This document shows, one piece after another, positions 37,192-38,428 of a stretch of DNA of 38,428 bases. Each line of letters begins with the position of its first letter. Position 1 is the first letter of the stretch. The position numbers and the translations under genes are program-made. This DNA is from Ruminiclostridium sp. (GTDB lineage: Bacteria > Bacillota > Clostridia > Oscillospirales > Oscillospiraceae). The notes below the pieces were generated by a model. The model did no database searches and had not been told where the DNA came from. It saw only the letters and a program-made list of their open reading frames with translations. The stretch covers positions 1 through 38,428 of the forward strand of contig JAFVUT010000147.1 of NCBI GenBank assembly GCA_017502545.1, given 5' to 3'.

Positions 37192-37965
37192 TTAGCTTTC
37201 TTTTTTATCGAAAAGGATATACCCCACGCAGCCAAACACCAGCCCGTACCCGGCTAACAGTCCGATGCGGGACAGGAGGGAGGTGAAGGGCAGGGTAACA
37301 CCGATCCACAGGTTATGCCACCGGAGGTAGCCGGTAAAGAGCAGACCGCCCAGGGCGGGCAGGTAGGTGCCCACGGCAATGAAGCCGATGTACAGGACCA
37401 CGCACAGGAGGACCGCCAGGCTGGACCCCTTCACCACCTGGTTGATGAGGCAGAAGAAGAGGATCAGGACGGCCAGGGGAATGAGGTCCAGAAGGCAGGC
37501 AAAGAGACTGCTGACGACACCCCGGGTGCCCCCGCCCAGGGCCAGCTGGATCACGGTGGTGACGGCGTACATCACCGCCAGGTCAAAGGCGCACAGGAGC
37601 AGGACAGCCGCCGCCTTGGAGAAGAAGAGCTTCCCCTTCCCCACCGGCCGCACGAGGGAGAACCGCATGGTGTGGTCGGCCTGCTCCCCCACGAAGAGGT
37701 CGCAGGAGGCCATGATGGCCATAAGAGGCAGGAAGATCAGCAGGATGAAGGTCAGGTTGGAGTTCATCAGGTTCCCCAGCAGGGCCTGGGGGGAGATATT
37801 CCCCGTCCCCAGCTGGCCGGTGAAGAAGTTGGCCGCCAGGACCCGCAGACCGCTGGCCACGCAGACGGCACAGCCCAGGATCAGAAAGACCAGGTATTTC
37901 TTCCGCCTGCGGAGCTTGAAGAGCTCATTTTGCAGATTGGCAATGAATTTTTCCATGGCGTTCAC
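37192..37965 (-). CDS. ABC-2 type transporter permease
   Basis: ELFKLRR, E...TMRFSLVRPVGK...SK and about 6 TM helices. Confidence 0.85.
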   Translation of the reverse strand: MNAMEKFIANLQNELFKLRRRKKYLVFLILGCAVCVASGLRVLAANFFTGQLGTGNISPQALLGNLMNSNLTFILLIFLPLMAIMASCDLFVGEQADHTMRFSLVRPVGKGKLFFSKAAAVLLLCAFDLAVMYAVTTVIQLALGGGTRGVVSSLFACLLDLIPLAVLILFFCLINQVVKGSSLAVLLCVVLYIGFIAVGTYLPALGGLLFTGYLRWHNLWIGVTLPFTSLLSRIGLLAGYGLVFGCVGYILFDKKES

Positions 37966-37966
37966 C

Positions 37967-38428
37967 TCACAGGACCACGGAGCCCTTCTTATCCCGAACC
38001 TTGGCCAGGAAGTAGTCCTCCAGGGAGGGGTTCAGGCGCAGGGCCTCCTCTTTGCTGTCGCAGGAGAGCATCTCCCCTTCGTAGAGGACCATGACCTTGC
38101 TGCACATTTTTTCGATCTCACTGGCCAGGTGGCTGGCCACCAGGAAGGTGACCCCCTTCTCCCGGGCCAGACGGATGATGATCTCCCGGATCTCCACCGT
38201 GGCCTCAATGTCCAGACCGTTGGTGGGCTCGTCCAAAATCATCAGCTCGGGCTCGGACAGCAGGGCCAGGGCCAGGCCCATCCGCTGCTTCATGCCCAGG
38301 GAGAACTTGCCGCAGCGCTCCTTCTTATAGGGGGCCAAACCCACGATCTCCAGGACCTTGTCCATCCGGGCCTCGTCCACGTTGGGGTAGTACCGCCCGG
38401 CCATCACCAGATGGTCCCAGGCGGTGAG
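37967..38428 (-). CDS. ABC transporter ATP-binding protein (5' truncated by the window edge)
   Basis: FSLGMKQR, ILDEPTNGLD and SHL. Confidence 0.9.
   Translation of the reverse strand, partial: LTAWDHLVMAGRYYPNVDEARMDKVLEIVGLAPYKKERCGKFSLGMKQRMGLALALLSEPELMILDEPTNGLDIEATVEIREIIIRLAREKGVTFLVASHLASEIEKMCSKVMVLYEGEMLSCDSKEEALRLNPSLEDYFLAKVRDKKGSVVL

Overview
A GC-rich Firmicutes (probably Oscillospiraceae-like) chromosomal window. Most of it is housekeeping: rsuA-family and ABC-F genes, T-box-cysE-cysS, an ECF sigma/anti-sigma pair, DUF1385-prmC-recA-recX-rimO-pgsA, two two-component systems, tRNA-Leu(CAA), transporters, SLH proteins and greA. The main result is a 493-aa TnpB/Cas12f-like RuvC protein (4152-5633) with no tnpA or cas1/cas2 in the window. 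It is followed by about 245 nt of non-coding DNA ending in a partial anti-repeat, then three 33-bp hairpin repeats whose substitutions preserve the stem, unique 33-39 nt spacers and a terminator. This looks like a compact TnpB-to-CRISPR type V intermediate, and two of its spacers look like ribosome-binding-site/start-codon regions. Also notable are three tandem promoter-RNA-terminator units at 1-1472, each ending in a conserved 8-codon ORF (MLDNKxxQ); a type I toxin-antitoxin locus; a CU-rich candidate sRNA; a candidate attenuator upstream of a GNAT gene; and several families of structured intergenic repeats. Product calls come from motif recognition only; no database searches were run.
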